Origin: Octopus bimaculoides
Lineage: Eukaryota
Direction: 5' to 3'
Length of the DNA stretch: 46,710 nt
NCBI RefSeq assembly: GCF_001194135.2
Contig: NC_068983.1
Coordinates: forward strand, 96,405,232 to 96,451,941
The number at the start of each line of letters is the position of its first letter. Within the stretch, counting starts at the first letter, position 1. Both the position numbers and the translations under genes were made by a program. Positions 11,133 to 24,165 of this stretch are shown in pieces. The notes beneath the pieces are model-generated. The model was not told where the DNA came from. It did not search any database and saw only the letters and a list, made by a program, of their open reading frames with translations.

Positions 11133-11166
<34 letters not shown>

Positions 11167-12137
11167 NNNNNNNNNNNNNNNNNNNNNNNNNNNNNNNNNN
11201 NNNNNNNNNNNNNNNNNNNNNNNNNNNNNNNNNNNNNNNNNNNNNNNNNNNNNNNNNNNNNNNNNNNNNNNNNNNNNNNNNNNNNNNNNNNNNNNNNNNN
11301 NNNNNNNNNNNNNNNNNNNNNNNNNNNNNNNNNNNNNNNNNNNNNNNNNNNNNNNNNNNNNNNNNNNNNNNNNNNNNNNNNNNNNNNNNNNNNNNNNNNN
11401 NNNNNNNNNNNNNNNNNNNNNNNNNNNNNNNNNNNNNNNNNNNNNNNNNNNNNNNNNNNNNNNNNNNNNNNNNNNNNNNNNNNNNNNNNNNNNNNNATAC
11501 GCGTGTGTGCACACACACATATAGCATTATAAGCTGTAAAATATAAAATTAGCACGAAACCTTAAGGAAGCAGTAAGCATCAATCTATTTAGAAATTCAA
11601 CCGTCAGAAGGAACCAAAATAATATAAATCAGTATGCGAAAAACAGACAAAGAGTTAAAAAGCATACCTATAAAAATTATGCTGTTCAGATGCTTATACA
11701 CCATGGTTTGGGTGTTGGCCCGAGGATCTCAACCTTGCTCACGATGAGTTACTGGGCAAGAAATTCCAAATCCATCACGTTATAAATTGACACACATATG
11801 CATGCAGACACATACACACATTTTATATCTGTGTGTGTGTGCTTTAAAACAATGAGTTCATTAGATATATTTATATTTCCACATATTTGTATTTTAATAC
11901 CCTCAAGAAAAATTAACCATGGCTCACTGTAAACTCCACGCCGAGAGCATGGCTATCGAGAAAAACAGCTGAGATATAACCTCAGCGTCGTTTTCAAAAT
12001 CCAGGAGTCGCGATAGTGGAGAGCTTGTATAAAGACAGACTAGAGGAGAGAAACGATAGAATAGATGTTTAAGCTATTTGCTGACAAATTGTTTTGTAGT
12101 CTGTGTTAGTTACAAAAGCGATGCTATATCATCCATC

Positions 12138-12252
<115 letters not shown>

Positions 12253-12497
12253 TATATGCACACCTACAAATATAATTGTATTGTAACATAATGAACAGAC
12301 AACAAATCAGTACAATTGATGGTAAGTCAAACACCAGACGCTGCTATAAATTGGCAATTTTTTTATTATATAGCAGCAGACAATAAATGCATTCAGCAGA
12401 AGTACCCATTACATGTCCTAGAATGATCATATATGGAGCTTAGTAAAAAAAAAAAAAAAAGAAAAAGAGCAATGATATATAGATATTTATATATATA

Positions 12498-13040
12498 GGC
12501 GCAGGAGTGACTGTGTGGTAAGTAGCTTGCTTACCAGCCACATGGTTCCGGGTTCAGTCCCACTGCGTGGCACCTTGGGCAAGTGTCTTCTAATATANNN
12601 NNNNNNNNNNNNNNNNNNNNNNNNNNNNNNNNNNNNNNNNNNNNNNNNNNNNNNNNNNNNNNNNNNNNNNNNNNNNNNNNNNNNNNNNNNNNNNNNNNNN
12701 NNNNNNNNNNNNNNNNNNNNNNNNNNNNNNNNNNNNNNNNNNNNNNNNNNNNNNNNNNNNNNNNNNNNNNNNNNNNNNNNNNNNNNNNNNNNNNNNNNNN
12801 NNNNNNNNNNNNNNNNNNNNNATATATATATATGTATGTATGTGTGTCTGTGTTTGTCCCCTCAAATTCGCTTGACAACCGATGGTGGTGTGTTTACGTC
12901 CCCGTAACATAGCGGTTCGGAAAAAGAGACCGATAGAATAAGTACAAGACTTCGAAAGAATAAGTCCTGGAGTCGATTTGCTTGACTAAAGGCGGTGCTC
13001 CAGCATGGCCGCAGTCAAATGAGTGAAACAAGTAAAAGAG
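12498..13040 (+). mobile_element. SINE family A, best-preserved copy (internal gap)
   Basis: ggcgcaggagtgactgtgtggtaagtagcttgcttaccagccacatggttccgggttcagtccc (Pol III A/B-box-like tRNA head), then ggcaccttgggcaagtgtcttc (CORE-like block). The 3' part ends aaacaagtaaaagag. Confidence 0.85.
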
Positions 13041-13879
13041 TGAAAGAGTAAAAGAGAGAGAGAGAGATAAAAAGAAATTCAGTAAAAGATACAGTGAAAT
13101 GAAAATAAACAAATAAATAAAGTGTAAAAACTAAATCGAGTAAAATAAGTTGATCATAAATATGTGTAAACCAAGATTTGGCTGAATATCCCGTAGAGTT
13201 AAACAGATATCACCATACTGCAACAAAAATACCATTATCTCAAGTTAATCAAGCTTTCAGTTTTTATCTTTAACCTCCCATTCATTTCCTCTTAGTATTT
13301 GTTCAACTAGTTTTTTCATATTTTATTTTATTTTCTATTTTCTACTTTCATTGCATGTATAAAAATAGAATGGATACTCTATACTTTTTAGTAGTGTATA
13401 ATTTATTTTTCAAGGAATATTATGATACTAACTTCGAAGCATCACCTCACTAGCAATGTTCAAACGACAACTGGCACGCCTAGGCAGAACGTTCATTCGA
13501 AAGCTACGACAATGCGATGAAGTGCAATGTGACCTGCCGTGTATGAAACATCTGGTAGTCTTGTCGATATGCATATATGTATCTTTGCGCGTGCACACAC
13601 ACATATCAAGGAAAAGGATAAAGACCCACATGGGATTGCATGTAGAAAGTTCCTCTCTGAGGCACAAGTCCGGGAGAGGTTAGTTATGTATGACCAGTAG
13701 TCGCCCATGCATACTAGCCTCCGCTCTCCATGTTACCGATGTTATCCAAGGGAAAATCAAAAGCCGATACAGCAACATGAAATGAAGCATCTTCCTCCAG
13801 AGTGCAACACATAGGCTTTTGGTGAGAGGTGTTCCATAGTATTCTCATTCTCTTTCGCCATATATACATATATATATAC

Positions 13880-13934
<55 letters not shown>

Positions 13935-13935
<1 letters not shown>

Positions 13936-15163
13936 ATGGCTGCAAAAGTTCGCAGGCTGACTATGAATAAGCTGTCAAATCTTGAATGCATAAATTTCAA
14001 CTATTCTTATTAATAACTGCATTGTATATTTCCTGGTAAACTGACATCTGGCTCTTCAAAGAACACTTCAAATGTAACTAGCAGCGACTTCTCTTGAAAA
14101 TGGACAAAGTGTGGTACTGTGCTGTTATCAAATACCTGCTGAAAAAAGTTTTAGTCCCCAACGACATTGATGCTTACATACTTGCTATATTAGGGGATAC
14201 GCTCCAGTGCAAAAGTGAACAGCTGAGTTTAGGAGGGGAAGGAAGAGTCATGAATATGATCCACGGTCTGGACGTCCTGCCACCAGCGAAAGAAACATTG
14301 ATCGTATTCACTACATGTTGATGTACGAGAGGGGATTGACTATGAATCAAATAGCCAATGCTATTATGCATATTTCTTGAGAGAGTTGGGAATATTCTGC
14401 ACGATGAACTTGAAACGACGAAGGTTTCTGCTCGGTGGGTGCTATGTCGTCTGACTCCTGATCAAAAGCGCACTAAGTTGATCACATCACAGGAAAATCT
14501 GATATTGTTTCAGGTGAAACCTGCAGGTTTCCTTGAACGCTTCCTCAGCTAGGACAAGTGTCGGGTTCATCAATTTGAGCCAGAAACAAAGAAACAATCC
14601 ATACAATCGAAATATACGAAGAAGACCAACTTCGTTTCATTTGCAGAGAAGGTGAAGGCTTTTTGTTTATTCACTAACTTCAAACGGGCCACACCATCAA
14701 TGGAAAGTACCATATCAACTTGCTGAGGCAGTTACGAAAGGTAATCAAGGCCAAACGCCCAGGAAAACTGACGAAAGGAATCTTGTTTCATGAGGACAAT
14801 GCTCCAGCACAAAAATCCTTGCTTTCAATGGCACCTGTGCGTGACTGTGACTTTGAACTGGTTGATCTACCTCACTATTCTGTTGATTTGGCTCCATCTA
14901 ACTATCATGTTTCCCAACATGAAAAACACTACACCGAGAACCAGTGTCGTAGTGATAATGATTTCATGTCTGCTGCTGCTGCTGATGGTTTTGACAAGCA
15001 GGATGAATGCTGCTTCACCAATGGGATCCAAACACGACGACACTGATGGAAGGAGTGTATGGCCAGCAGGCAGGACCATGTTGAAAAATAAGCCTCATTT
15101 GGTCACATTCCATGAGGGTATCTCGGTCAGGTGAGCCTATGAACTTTACAACCGTCCTTCGTA
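13935..15163 (+). mobile_element. mariner (DD34D, Himar1/irritans-like) transposon, near full length, inactivated
   Basis: Pseudo-ORF 14100-15091: MDKVWYCAVIKYL, KVSARWVLCRLTPDQKR, LLRQLRKVIKAKRPGKLTKGILFHEDNAPAQKS, PHYSVDLAPSNY, DHVEK*. Imperfect TIRs: ggctgcaaaagttcgcaggctgac (13938-13961) versus the reverse complement of gtgagcctatgaactttacaaccg...cgta (15131-15163). Confidence 0.9.
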
Positions 15164-15697
15164 CATATACATACATACATGTGTATGTATAAATACACCA
15201 GAGGAAGATTTTGTATTCAAATCGCTAGGATAATTTTAGTTAATAAAACCACTTCAAGTTGCTCACATTATATATGTAAACTACCACATAACATATACAC
15301 ACATACACTGACACATGCACTAATATGTGTGCGTGTGTGTGTGTGTACGTACATATTTATATATAGATATATGTACATATATATATACATATATATATAT
15401 ATATANNNNNNNNNNNNNNNNNNNNNNNNNNNNNNNNNNNNNNNNNNNNNNNNNNNNNNNNNNNNNNNNNNNNNNNNNNNNNNNNNNNNNNNNNNNNNNN
15501 NNNNNNNNNNNNNNNNNNNNNNNNNNNNNNNNNNNNNNNNNNNNNNNNNNNNNNNNNNNNNNNNNNNNNNNNNNNNNNNNNNNNNNNNNNNNNNNNNNNN
15601 NNNNNNNNNNNNNNNNNNNNNNNNNNNNNNNNNNNNNNNNNNNNNNNNNNNNNNNNNNNNNNNNNNNNNNNNNNNNNNNNNNNNNNNNNNNNNNNNN

Positions 15698-15714
15698 GAT
15701 CGGAAGAGCACACG
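15698..15714 (+). other. Illumina adapter remnant (assembly artefact)
   Basis: GATCGGAAGAGCACACG directly at a gap edge matches the start of the TruSeq adapter AGATCGGAAGAGCACACGTC. Confidence 0.9.
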
Positions 15715-16886
15715 CAGGCCAATATATTTGTATATATATATATATATACAAATATATTGGCCTGCGTGTGTGTTTGAGTGATTGTGGTTGTCTGTACATA
15801 TATTGCTGTATGTGTGTTGCAAGGGGCTGACTGTGTATATATGAGCCTGCGTGGTTTTTGTTCCATGCGTGTCCTCGCGATTCCTTTCGAGCGTGTGTCT
15901 GTGAGTTGTTTGCGCATCTATTTTGTGCGTATTTGTATTTGTACGTGTATGAGTTGGCGCTTTGTCTAATAAATCATGACAGTTGCAAAAGTATTCAGTT
16001 GTAGTATTGTCAGGTAAGATAGAAGTCAGCAGCTGTCCCTTTTAATCAGATCTTCCTACTTGATTTAGTGTCAACTACTAATCATTTCTTCGCGGACAAC
16101 TGTCAACAAAATACGGACAGTTTGCCAATTTTTGCCACACAATAAATAATCACTGATACACACGCACACTCGCACACTCACTCATATCAACACACACATT
16201 CACGCATATGCATATACATATAAATATAAATATATATATATATGTGTGTATGTGTGAGAGCGTGTGTGCGTGTGTATCTGTGGGTTTGTTTGTGTATGTG
16301 TATAAGTGTGTGTGTATATGTGTGTGTGTGTATGTGAAAAAGAGATTTATTGGAAGATGAAACTTCCCAAATCTCCACTGTGTTTTTCGTTGCCGATATT
16401 CTGTCGATTATGAAAAGCGCAACATGAAATATATGTATATAATAAGAACACAAGGCTATTTGTTTGGCGGGGAGCTACAAAAGGATATTATGTGATAGTT
16501 CTTGCATACATAGTTTGTGAGATACGGATAAGGTTTATTGATTTAGAGCAATATATTAAAAAGGAGAACTTATTTGTGCATCTACAGATATAGGATAGCA
16601 TATCTTGCACTTAGAATGTTGGAATCAGGACCATGCAATTATGTATTCAATTGCTTGACAGAGTATGTGGTACTTCCTTGAACAAAGTATTTCATTTCTC
16701 TTCGTTCTAGTCTATCCACCTGAAATTACTAGTGGCAGTAAATAACCTTGAAATTGAAGTGGATTAGCTTTCTGTTCAGAATGGAGGTTTGTACTCTCAT
16801 TCGATGATACATTTCCGAAACCGGGATACGCTCCAATGATTGTACAACCATGAGAAATACTTTGACGTTTAATGCGCGCGCGTGTG

Positions 16887-16930
<44 letters not shown>

Positions 16931-17104
16931 TGCGTGTGTGTGTGTGTATGTGTGTGTGTGTGTGTGACAAAATATTTTGTGTCAATTGCGTTTTTGTAAG
17001 AAGCAGTGCAAGAGGAACAACTCTAAGCGTATGGGTAGCTTTAAAAATAAAGCGAAAATGATAATGTTCGATTTGCTTTAGAATTTACTGCTCTAATAAA
17101 CGAA

Positions 17105-17275
17105 TTGTTTCTTTACGTTCTGAGTTCAAATTCTGCCATGTTCGACTTTGCCTTTCATTCTTTCGAGGTCGATAAAATAAGTACCAGTTGAGCACTGGGA
17201 TCGATGTAATCGACTTATTCCGCCATACCCTGAAGTTGCTGGCCATGCGCCAAAATTTGGAACCAATACTGTAAT
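17105..17275 (+). mobile_element. tRNA-derived SINE family B (Meta/Sauria-like central domain), 5'-truncated
   Basis: B-box gagttcaaattc, followed by gactttgcctttcattctttcgaggtcgataaaataagtacc, resembling the Meta-SINE central domain. Confidence 0.7.
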
Positions 17276-17726
17276 TAACGTTATGAAAGCAATTCTCTGT
17301 GTTCATAAAGTTGCAAGTAGTAGTAGAGACAATATTGTTGTTGAATAGGTTTCTGGAATGCTCATGTTCAGTGAAACTTTCAACATATTTACAACATGAA
17401 TAGAATACATTAATCTTATTCTAGTTGACAAAGCTTATGATATATATGATTAATTCGAAAGCGAAAAGAATTTAAATTGAAGAAGTCTCAGACACTATGG
17501 ATACTGATTCTTAGAATATGCGTTGAACTACACCATAAAACATTTCATGATCAATTTTTATCAGTTCCATTCCCACATTGTAACTGCATTACCCACATAG
17601 AAGCATATTTCTTGCCATTTCGGATTGTTCCAAATTTTTATCTTTTTTTTTGTGTGTTGATAATCTATCGTTCGAAAAGTTTCCCAGTTTTACATATGTA
17701 GGATTTGAACCAGAGCTCCCATAGAT

Positions 17727-20210
17727 CAAGTACCCAAAACATTTTGGTTCGTCTGAACCCTTTTGAGTTCTCCGATGGGTTCTCGAGTTATAATAGTTAG
17801 TGAAAGACTTGAGAAATATCCTTTACGTTCCCAATCCAGCTTCTTAGGATACTCGGTGATCAATTTATTGAATATGTCAGTCTTAGGTTGTGAGTTCGCT
17901 GAACTGTCTTTTTCGAAGCAACAACTAAGGAGAAACTTTAGCAATTGCAAACGATTATCTTCAGATGTTTTGGGATTAAATCTGTGTTTTGATTTAATCT
18001 CCAACAATCCTGAGAATATCAATTCCCAAAGCCATGTTGAAGGAAATGACAAAAGTGCTTGAATAGCAGGTTCAGCAATCTGTAAGAATTTTATATCAAA
18101 TCCACAAGTCAAGTTCAGGGATCCTGCCAAGCCGCTAGAAAACATATAGAAAGCCTTGTACGCAGATGACGTCGCATTTCCATCCTTCTACAAATTACAC
18201 TTTCCACAACAATGTCAAGCCTATTTTAAATCGTTTAAAAACCTTTATCCACAACACACATAAAGAGGCACTCACCAAATCTACTTATTGTCTTCCTACT
18301 TACTAGAAATACTAGAAAACATCTAATCAAATATTCTCACTCGAAAACAGAAATCGTATACACACATAAACAATATTTTGAATTATACACACCTCTACAC
18401 AACGTCCATAATGTATTGAAGAGAAAGCAAAGTAAAACGATATCCCGAAATATTTTGAGTAATCACAGCTGCCGCATGCATTTGTCCAACAGAAATAAAT
18501 AAAAGCATGCAAACAACGCATTAGATATATCACCTCCTATGTCATTCACACGTGAGACTCTAATGTTTCGTAATTAAGCCATAATAAGCTACGTAAAAGA
18601 AACACAAAGTAGTGCATTACTCGTCGAAACACGTTATACGCGGACACACCCACAAGTCATCTACACAACTAAAAAAAAGTTCTAAAAATGTACAATTTGA
18701 GTAACAGAGTTGCAACAGCAAATTTCGACCCAAGCAGTTCCTGTCTCTACCTGAGAAACCATTTTCAAACAACAGCACAAATACAACAACTGAGAGTACT
18801 GTTTCTTAACAGCACTATTTCTCCTATTCATCTTGGACAAATATAAATAAAGTACTGAAGTGGAATATCAATAGCTTCTCGTATCTCAAACACTATGCTA
18901 GAATGTACACAACCGATATGTGCAGACAAATTGCAATTACAGCTTTGTGAGTGGACACACATTGTTTGGTTCCGCCAACCTACGGGTGTACAGGAGGAGA
19001 GTATCGCATACATAGAGTTTATAATTGCACATCCAAGTGGATAGTATGCTCTTCAGTTATACAAAGACATGGCTTAACTAAGACGATTATTTATGTGTCA
19101 GAGAACAAGGACATCAGTCACCAGCTGCTAAGAACATAACATTTACTGTCAGCGATAATGTACAGGATAACTAACCAGCGTGACCACAGCAATCTGGTGG
19201 ACCATGCGATCTATGAGAATTTCATGAAGTGGCATTGGTTTGAAGCAACAATAGAACTAGAGATGTTTGATATTGGTCTTCACAGTGATATCTCCCCTCA
19301 CTTGTGCAACGTGTTTTCCTATTTTAAACTAGGTTTTTAGAAAGTGATCTGTTATTTCAAAAATATCATCTGCTTTCTCATTGCATCTAAAGCTGAATTC
19401 ACCGATAACTTCTTTAATGACATCCTTTCCGACATGGTGACAATACACACGTATCTCATTAATCATTTGCTGCGAAATATCTACTGACATTTCTATTTAC
19501 CGTTGGTCTGTTTTGTCTGACAGAGAAGCGAATCTAAGGCCTTTCTTTTTTTTTTTTTGTTAGGATAGATTTATCTACAAGTACACCACGCACGTTTCTA
19601 TTGCAGCAAGAGGAACACTTTCTGTGGCAATGATATTTGCTTCCTTTGAAAATAAAATATTTGTTAGTGAAATTCGAATGATCTTTGTGATGGTTTCCAG
19701 AAAGCGTGTCTTCAGAGGGCTTATCTTCCATAAGGATATTGAAGGCAACTGTAGCAGAAGAAAGAGAAAGAGTATGTGGTAGTGACATTAACAGTTAACC
19801 ACTAACTCTTGTTACTAACTGCGTGGAAAGCCAATTAGGTGATCTATAAATAGTTTCATTAGAAGTAAGAATGTGTTTGTTACTGTTATAGCCTGGATTA
19901 ATGGAAACGATATTATCTAAGCATGAACAGCTAACCTATGGGTATTAAAGAGTTTATGCGAACGTTGTGGTTTAAGGACTAGGAAAACTCTACCACTCTG
20001 TACCTCTTCCTCTAGAGAACATGACACCAAAGAAGTGACTTCCTGAACATCATGTGATGCTTTCTTGATTGGGAACTCTCTATTCACCTGGAGTTCGTAA
20101 TTGTCAACTCTTTTTGCATATACTATGTCAGCTTGTAATAAACAAATTATCCCATATTAATGAATTTAAGTTATGACCCACGCATGTACGCTAGGTATAA
20201 AATCTCTGCA
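17727..20210 (-). mobile_element. hAT (Charlie/Buster, ZBED5/ZBED8-like) transposon relic
   Basis: Minus-strand fragments in the expected order: EMSVDISQ...KADDIFEITDHF (19.3-19.5 kb), LLLYT...VFEIREAIDI (18.9 kb), and AIQALLSFPSTWLWELIFSGLLEIKSKHR (hATC dimerisation-like, 17.97-18.07 kb). Degenerate CAGT-like end near 17727. Boundaries are approximate. Confidence 0.65.
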
Positions 20211-20229
20211 ACCCACAGAGAATTTATTA

Positions 20230-21019
20230 TCTCTTCACAAGGCTAAATTTACACTATGCAGCCATTCTCGTGGTCTTTATGAGAAGGTGTTGACTTTTGT
20301 TGAAATACATAAGAACTTCCACTGTCTTCATCACCTCAACATGACCAGTAGCATTAATTCTAAGCCCTTGTGAGAAGATATGAGGTGGGATAACATGATA
20401 TTTCTTCATCACTCCTATAACTATCCCAGTTGCCAGAAACTGACTTTGCATCACTCTGAGAACAACAGAATGGTCTTCAAATAACTGTCTATCATTTCTC
20501 CTGTTAGAATTTTGGTCTTCATCGAAGTTCTTCAGAAAAAAACCTGAACTGCCATGTTCGTGAAACTTTTTGACCTTGTTAAGTAACCGCTTGGCACGAA
20601 TCAAATAGTTTTCCTGTGTCGTTGTAGATATGAATTTGCCTCTCTTCAGTGCATACAATTTGATTTTGGGAGTCATCATCGATAATGCTTTGAACCTTTT
20701 ACATATTGTGCTGTGTTTAGGGTCTCCGAATATTTATATTCTTTTTCTCTTTGGTACAATTGAAATATTCCTGCCAGAGGCTTCCAATTCCATCTCAACT
20801 CTGTGTACAAAAGATCTAGCAACATTTAGAAAATTAGGAATTTCAAAATCGGTGTGTTTCGCAGGTCAACAATGATTGCATGTCTTTACATTTCTTGTGT
20901 TAGCATTTTATCTGCCATGGGGATCTGAAAGAAGAAACAAAACCTTTCAATTCATTTCAAGAAAATAAAAAATATATGCTGATAATTAAGTGTTCACAAA
21001 TATACTTCTTACCCTTGTA
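20230..21019 (-). mobile_element. maT / DD37D Tc1-mariner transposon, 3'-truncated relic
   Basis: ATG 20918 MADKMLTQEM*RHAIIV, LNVARSFVHRV, RAKRLLNKVK, KNFDEDQNSNRRNDR, HVIPPHIFSQGLRINA, VFQQKSTPSHK. Left TIR-like end TA|CAAGGGTAAGAAG at 21019-21005. Confidence 0.85.
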
Positions 21020-21094
21020 AATATAGCGTCACCAAGAACTAAATTTTGTGATTTCTCGTACGAACAACTCTGTGGAGTGCCAGTTCACTGGCTA

Positions 21095-21472
21095 GGCGCA
21101 GGTGTAGCTGTGTGGTAAGAAGTTTGCTTTCCAACCCCCCACGGCTCTGGGTTCAGTCCTACTGCGTGCAACTTGGGCAGGTACCTTCTACTATAGCCTC
21201 GGGTGATCAAAGCCTTGTGAGTGGTTTTGTTAAACAGAAACTGAAAGATGCCTGTCGTGTATATATATATATATATATNNNNNNNNNNNNNNNNNNNNNN
21301 NNNNNNNNNNNNNNNNNNNNNNNNNNNNNNNNNNNNNNNNNNNNNNNNNNNNNNNNNNNNNNNNNNNNNNNNNNNNNNNNNNNNNNNNNNNNNNNNNNNN
21401 NNNNNNNNNNNNNNNNNNNNNNNNNNNNNNNNNNNNNNNNNNNNNNNNNNNNNNNNNNNNNNNNNNNNNNNN

Positions 21473-21512
<40 letters not shown>

Positions 21513-21680
21513 CTTTGCGTATGTGTTTATGTCCCCGTAACTTAGCAGGTTCGGCAAAAAAAACCCACAGAATAATACCAGGCTTAAAAAATGAAGTACT
21601 AATGTCGATTCATTCGATGAAAAGTTCATCAAAGTGGCACTCCAATAAGACCGCAGTTTAGTAACTGAAACAGGCAAAAT
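21095..21680 (+). mobile_element. SINE family A copy (internal gap)
   Basis: ggcgcaggtgtagctgtgtggtaagaagtttgc...ctatagcctcggg...aaagccttgtgagtgg, microsatellite/gap, then gtgtttatgtccccgtaacttagcaggttcggcaaaa. Confidence 0.8.
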
Positions 21681-22309
21681 ATACGATATAAAAGATATGT
21701 GTGAGACGTCCGCTATTTCGTGAGTCGTCAGAGCTAATGTTAATTCTCTGTAGTTTGTGTCATGTCAACTAAGTCAACTAGGACGTCTTTGGTATATTTA
21801 TACTTCAGGGGGAAATTCATATGATCACACTATAAAACTGCTTTCATATCTACTGCTTCTGCAATAACTGATTTTCTTGAGATCCATACGAACTACAAAC
21901 TGCACCAGCAATAACAGGTCACTTCTGAAGTATAACTACACGTTTATTTGGTTACGTTTAATTCATAACTGTTACCTATTAATAGTATAGTGAACATACT
22001 TTAATGTTTAGTCGCCATCAAATGAAGAAGTCAGCTTCAGGTCTCAAGATATGCCTAATGCTGGATATGAAAGGATGGGAGACGGAATAGGATAGGAACA
22101 TCCAGGCGGTAAATTTGGTAGTAAAAATGAGAAATGATAGATTTCACAACCAATTTAATACCGCCTAGAAGATGATTTAGTCAGCTGTTCTTTGATCTCG
22201 TAATTTCTGTCAACAAATTGTCAAGCCACTTATTTTATTGTGAAATAAATAGCTTCTCTATGTAAATGTATGGAGAAAACAACACATGGTATATACCTAT
22301 ATACATCAT

Positions 22310-22928
22310 AAACAAACATATTTCATACTTACATGTATGAAATAGATACATACAGAAACACACGCACAGACAAGCACATGCATACATACTTACTGAAATA
22401 CATACATACATGAAATACATACATGCATACATACATACATACATACATGCATACATGCATGCATGCATACATACATAATACATACATACATGCATACATA
22501 CTGAGATACATACATACATGCATAAGTATATGCATAAGTACGTACAGATACATATGTTTGTGTGCGTGTATATAGATAGATATAGATATAGATATAGATA
22601 TAGATATAGATATATAGATATAGAGATAGATATAGATATAGATTTAGAGATATATATATAGATATAGAAATAGAGAGAGAGATATAGATATAGATATAGA
22701 GGTAGATATAGAGAAAGATATAGAGATAGAGATAGATAGGTTAGATGGATAAGTAGATAGATAGGTAGATATGTTTCCTTATTAGCCACACAGGGCTGAA
22801 CACAGAGGGGACAAGTTACAAAGTAGAGCTTTTCTCTTTGGGGAGGAGAAGGAAGGAAAAAGCAGGGGGGTAGATTTTTGATCAAAAGGGATCGTAAAAA
22901 AAGGTAGATAGACAGATAGCTAGCTAGC

Positions 22929-22990
<62 letters not shown>

Positions 22991-23075
22991 TAAACTTCGA
23001 TAATTATGTGTATATAGATAAGTATGCGTATATAGATAATTATGCGTATATAGTTAATTATGCGTATATATACAT
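22310..23075. repeat. Compound microsatellite block (CATA, TAGATA, GATA)
   Basis: Direct reading; includes a short SINE-tail fragment near 22775-22820. Confidence 0.9.
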
Positions 23076-23949
23076 GAATGAACAAGTAAAACGTAGCATC
23101 ACTTTATGGTATGTAATTTATAATGCAAACCTAATTGAAGATTAGCTAGAACAAACAAGGGATTAAGAAATAATGTGTAAAATCTCTTACAGTTGTTTCG
23201 AGAATATCTGAGTACCTGGAGCATATGTCTTTCACCAACGACATCCATGTAAGCGAACTAAACCATCTTCTGAGAGAAAGAAGTAAGGAATATTCTTAAT
23301 AAATGGTATTAGGAAGTTACCAGTCCATCGAAGATTTAAAGAGCATCCTTAGTGAAAGATAATAATGGTGAGTATGTCTATGATTGAAGAATTAAAGAGA
23401 ACCGTAGTAAAAAATAATAGCAGTTAGCAGTTCCGTCTTCAAGGAGAATATGGATGTATATGTACGTTTCCTGTTAGGAAATTATAAATTATAATGATTT
23501 TTGTTACAGTTACAAGGGCCTAACACAGAGGGGACAGTACAAAGACAGACAGGACAGCACAGTGGGGACAAAGACATAAAACAAATGAAAAATGGCAGTA
23601 CGTACAATGAAATCGATGAAGATGAAATGGCTGCAGGCGCCCCACTCACATGCAGTACCATTTAAACGTTCTTATTGTCCGTTTATAATCCGTGTATTAA
23701 CGTCTTTGCATCTTTTGATTTTACTCTTTTTTTAAAACACAGGTTACTCTCTTTTTTTTATTTTTTAAAGCCTTTTTATATAAGGCCTTAATTCATTTAG
23801 TTCGATCACTGACGGTAGAAACTAAGTAATATTATTTCTGCCCAAACCATTAAACCAAACTGAGGCTAATGGTTACTCGCAAGGAAGCAGCGTATGGCGA
23901 TTCACTGTCTTAAATACGCAGAAACTTTCAAAAAGAATATTATTAATAT

Positions 23950-24165
23950 TCATTCATCACCATATTCATCATCATTATCATCGTCGTCGTCTTCATCATC
24001 ATCATCATCATCATCATGATAATCATAATCATCACTATCATCATTGTCATCGTCATCGTTGTCATCGTCATCATCATCATCATAATCATCATCATCATCA
24101 TAATCATCATCATCGTCATCGTCGTCATCGTCATCATCATCATCATCATCATCATCATCGCTACT
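23950..24165. repeat. (ATC)n trinucleotide microsatellite
   Basis: Direct reading; source of the poly-Asp and poly-Met ORFs. Confidence 0.95.

Noticed and set aside
12498-12560. tRNA gene calls at SINE heads (also 3420, 21095, 42217)
   Set aside because: A/B-box-like motifs are present, but each runs into SINE body sequence and lacks a complete cloverleaf.
13440-13800. GC-richer segment that looks like another dispersed repeat (possibly a LINE 5' end)
   Set aside because: Only one copy in the window and no diagnostic motif, so it cannot be classified from sequence alone.
15698-15769. Perfect ~60-bp palindrome (acacgcaggccaatatatttgta...tacaaatatattggcctgcgtgt) that looks like a hairpin element
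   Set aside because: It begins inside an Illumina adapter remnant at a gap edge, so it is most likely a library fold-back chimera rather than biology.
17763-18062. Plus-strand 99-aa ORF (similarly 20630-20875, 29390-29653, 36611-37006, 40522-40737)
   Set aside because: Antisense shadows of transposase relics or of the MARCH CDS.
23193-23367. Plus-strand exon-like segment (ttacag| ... |gtgagt)
   Set aside because: Stops in all three frames and no recognisable homology; could only be a non-coding exon, for which I have no support.
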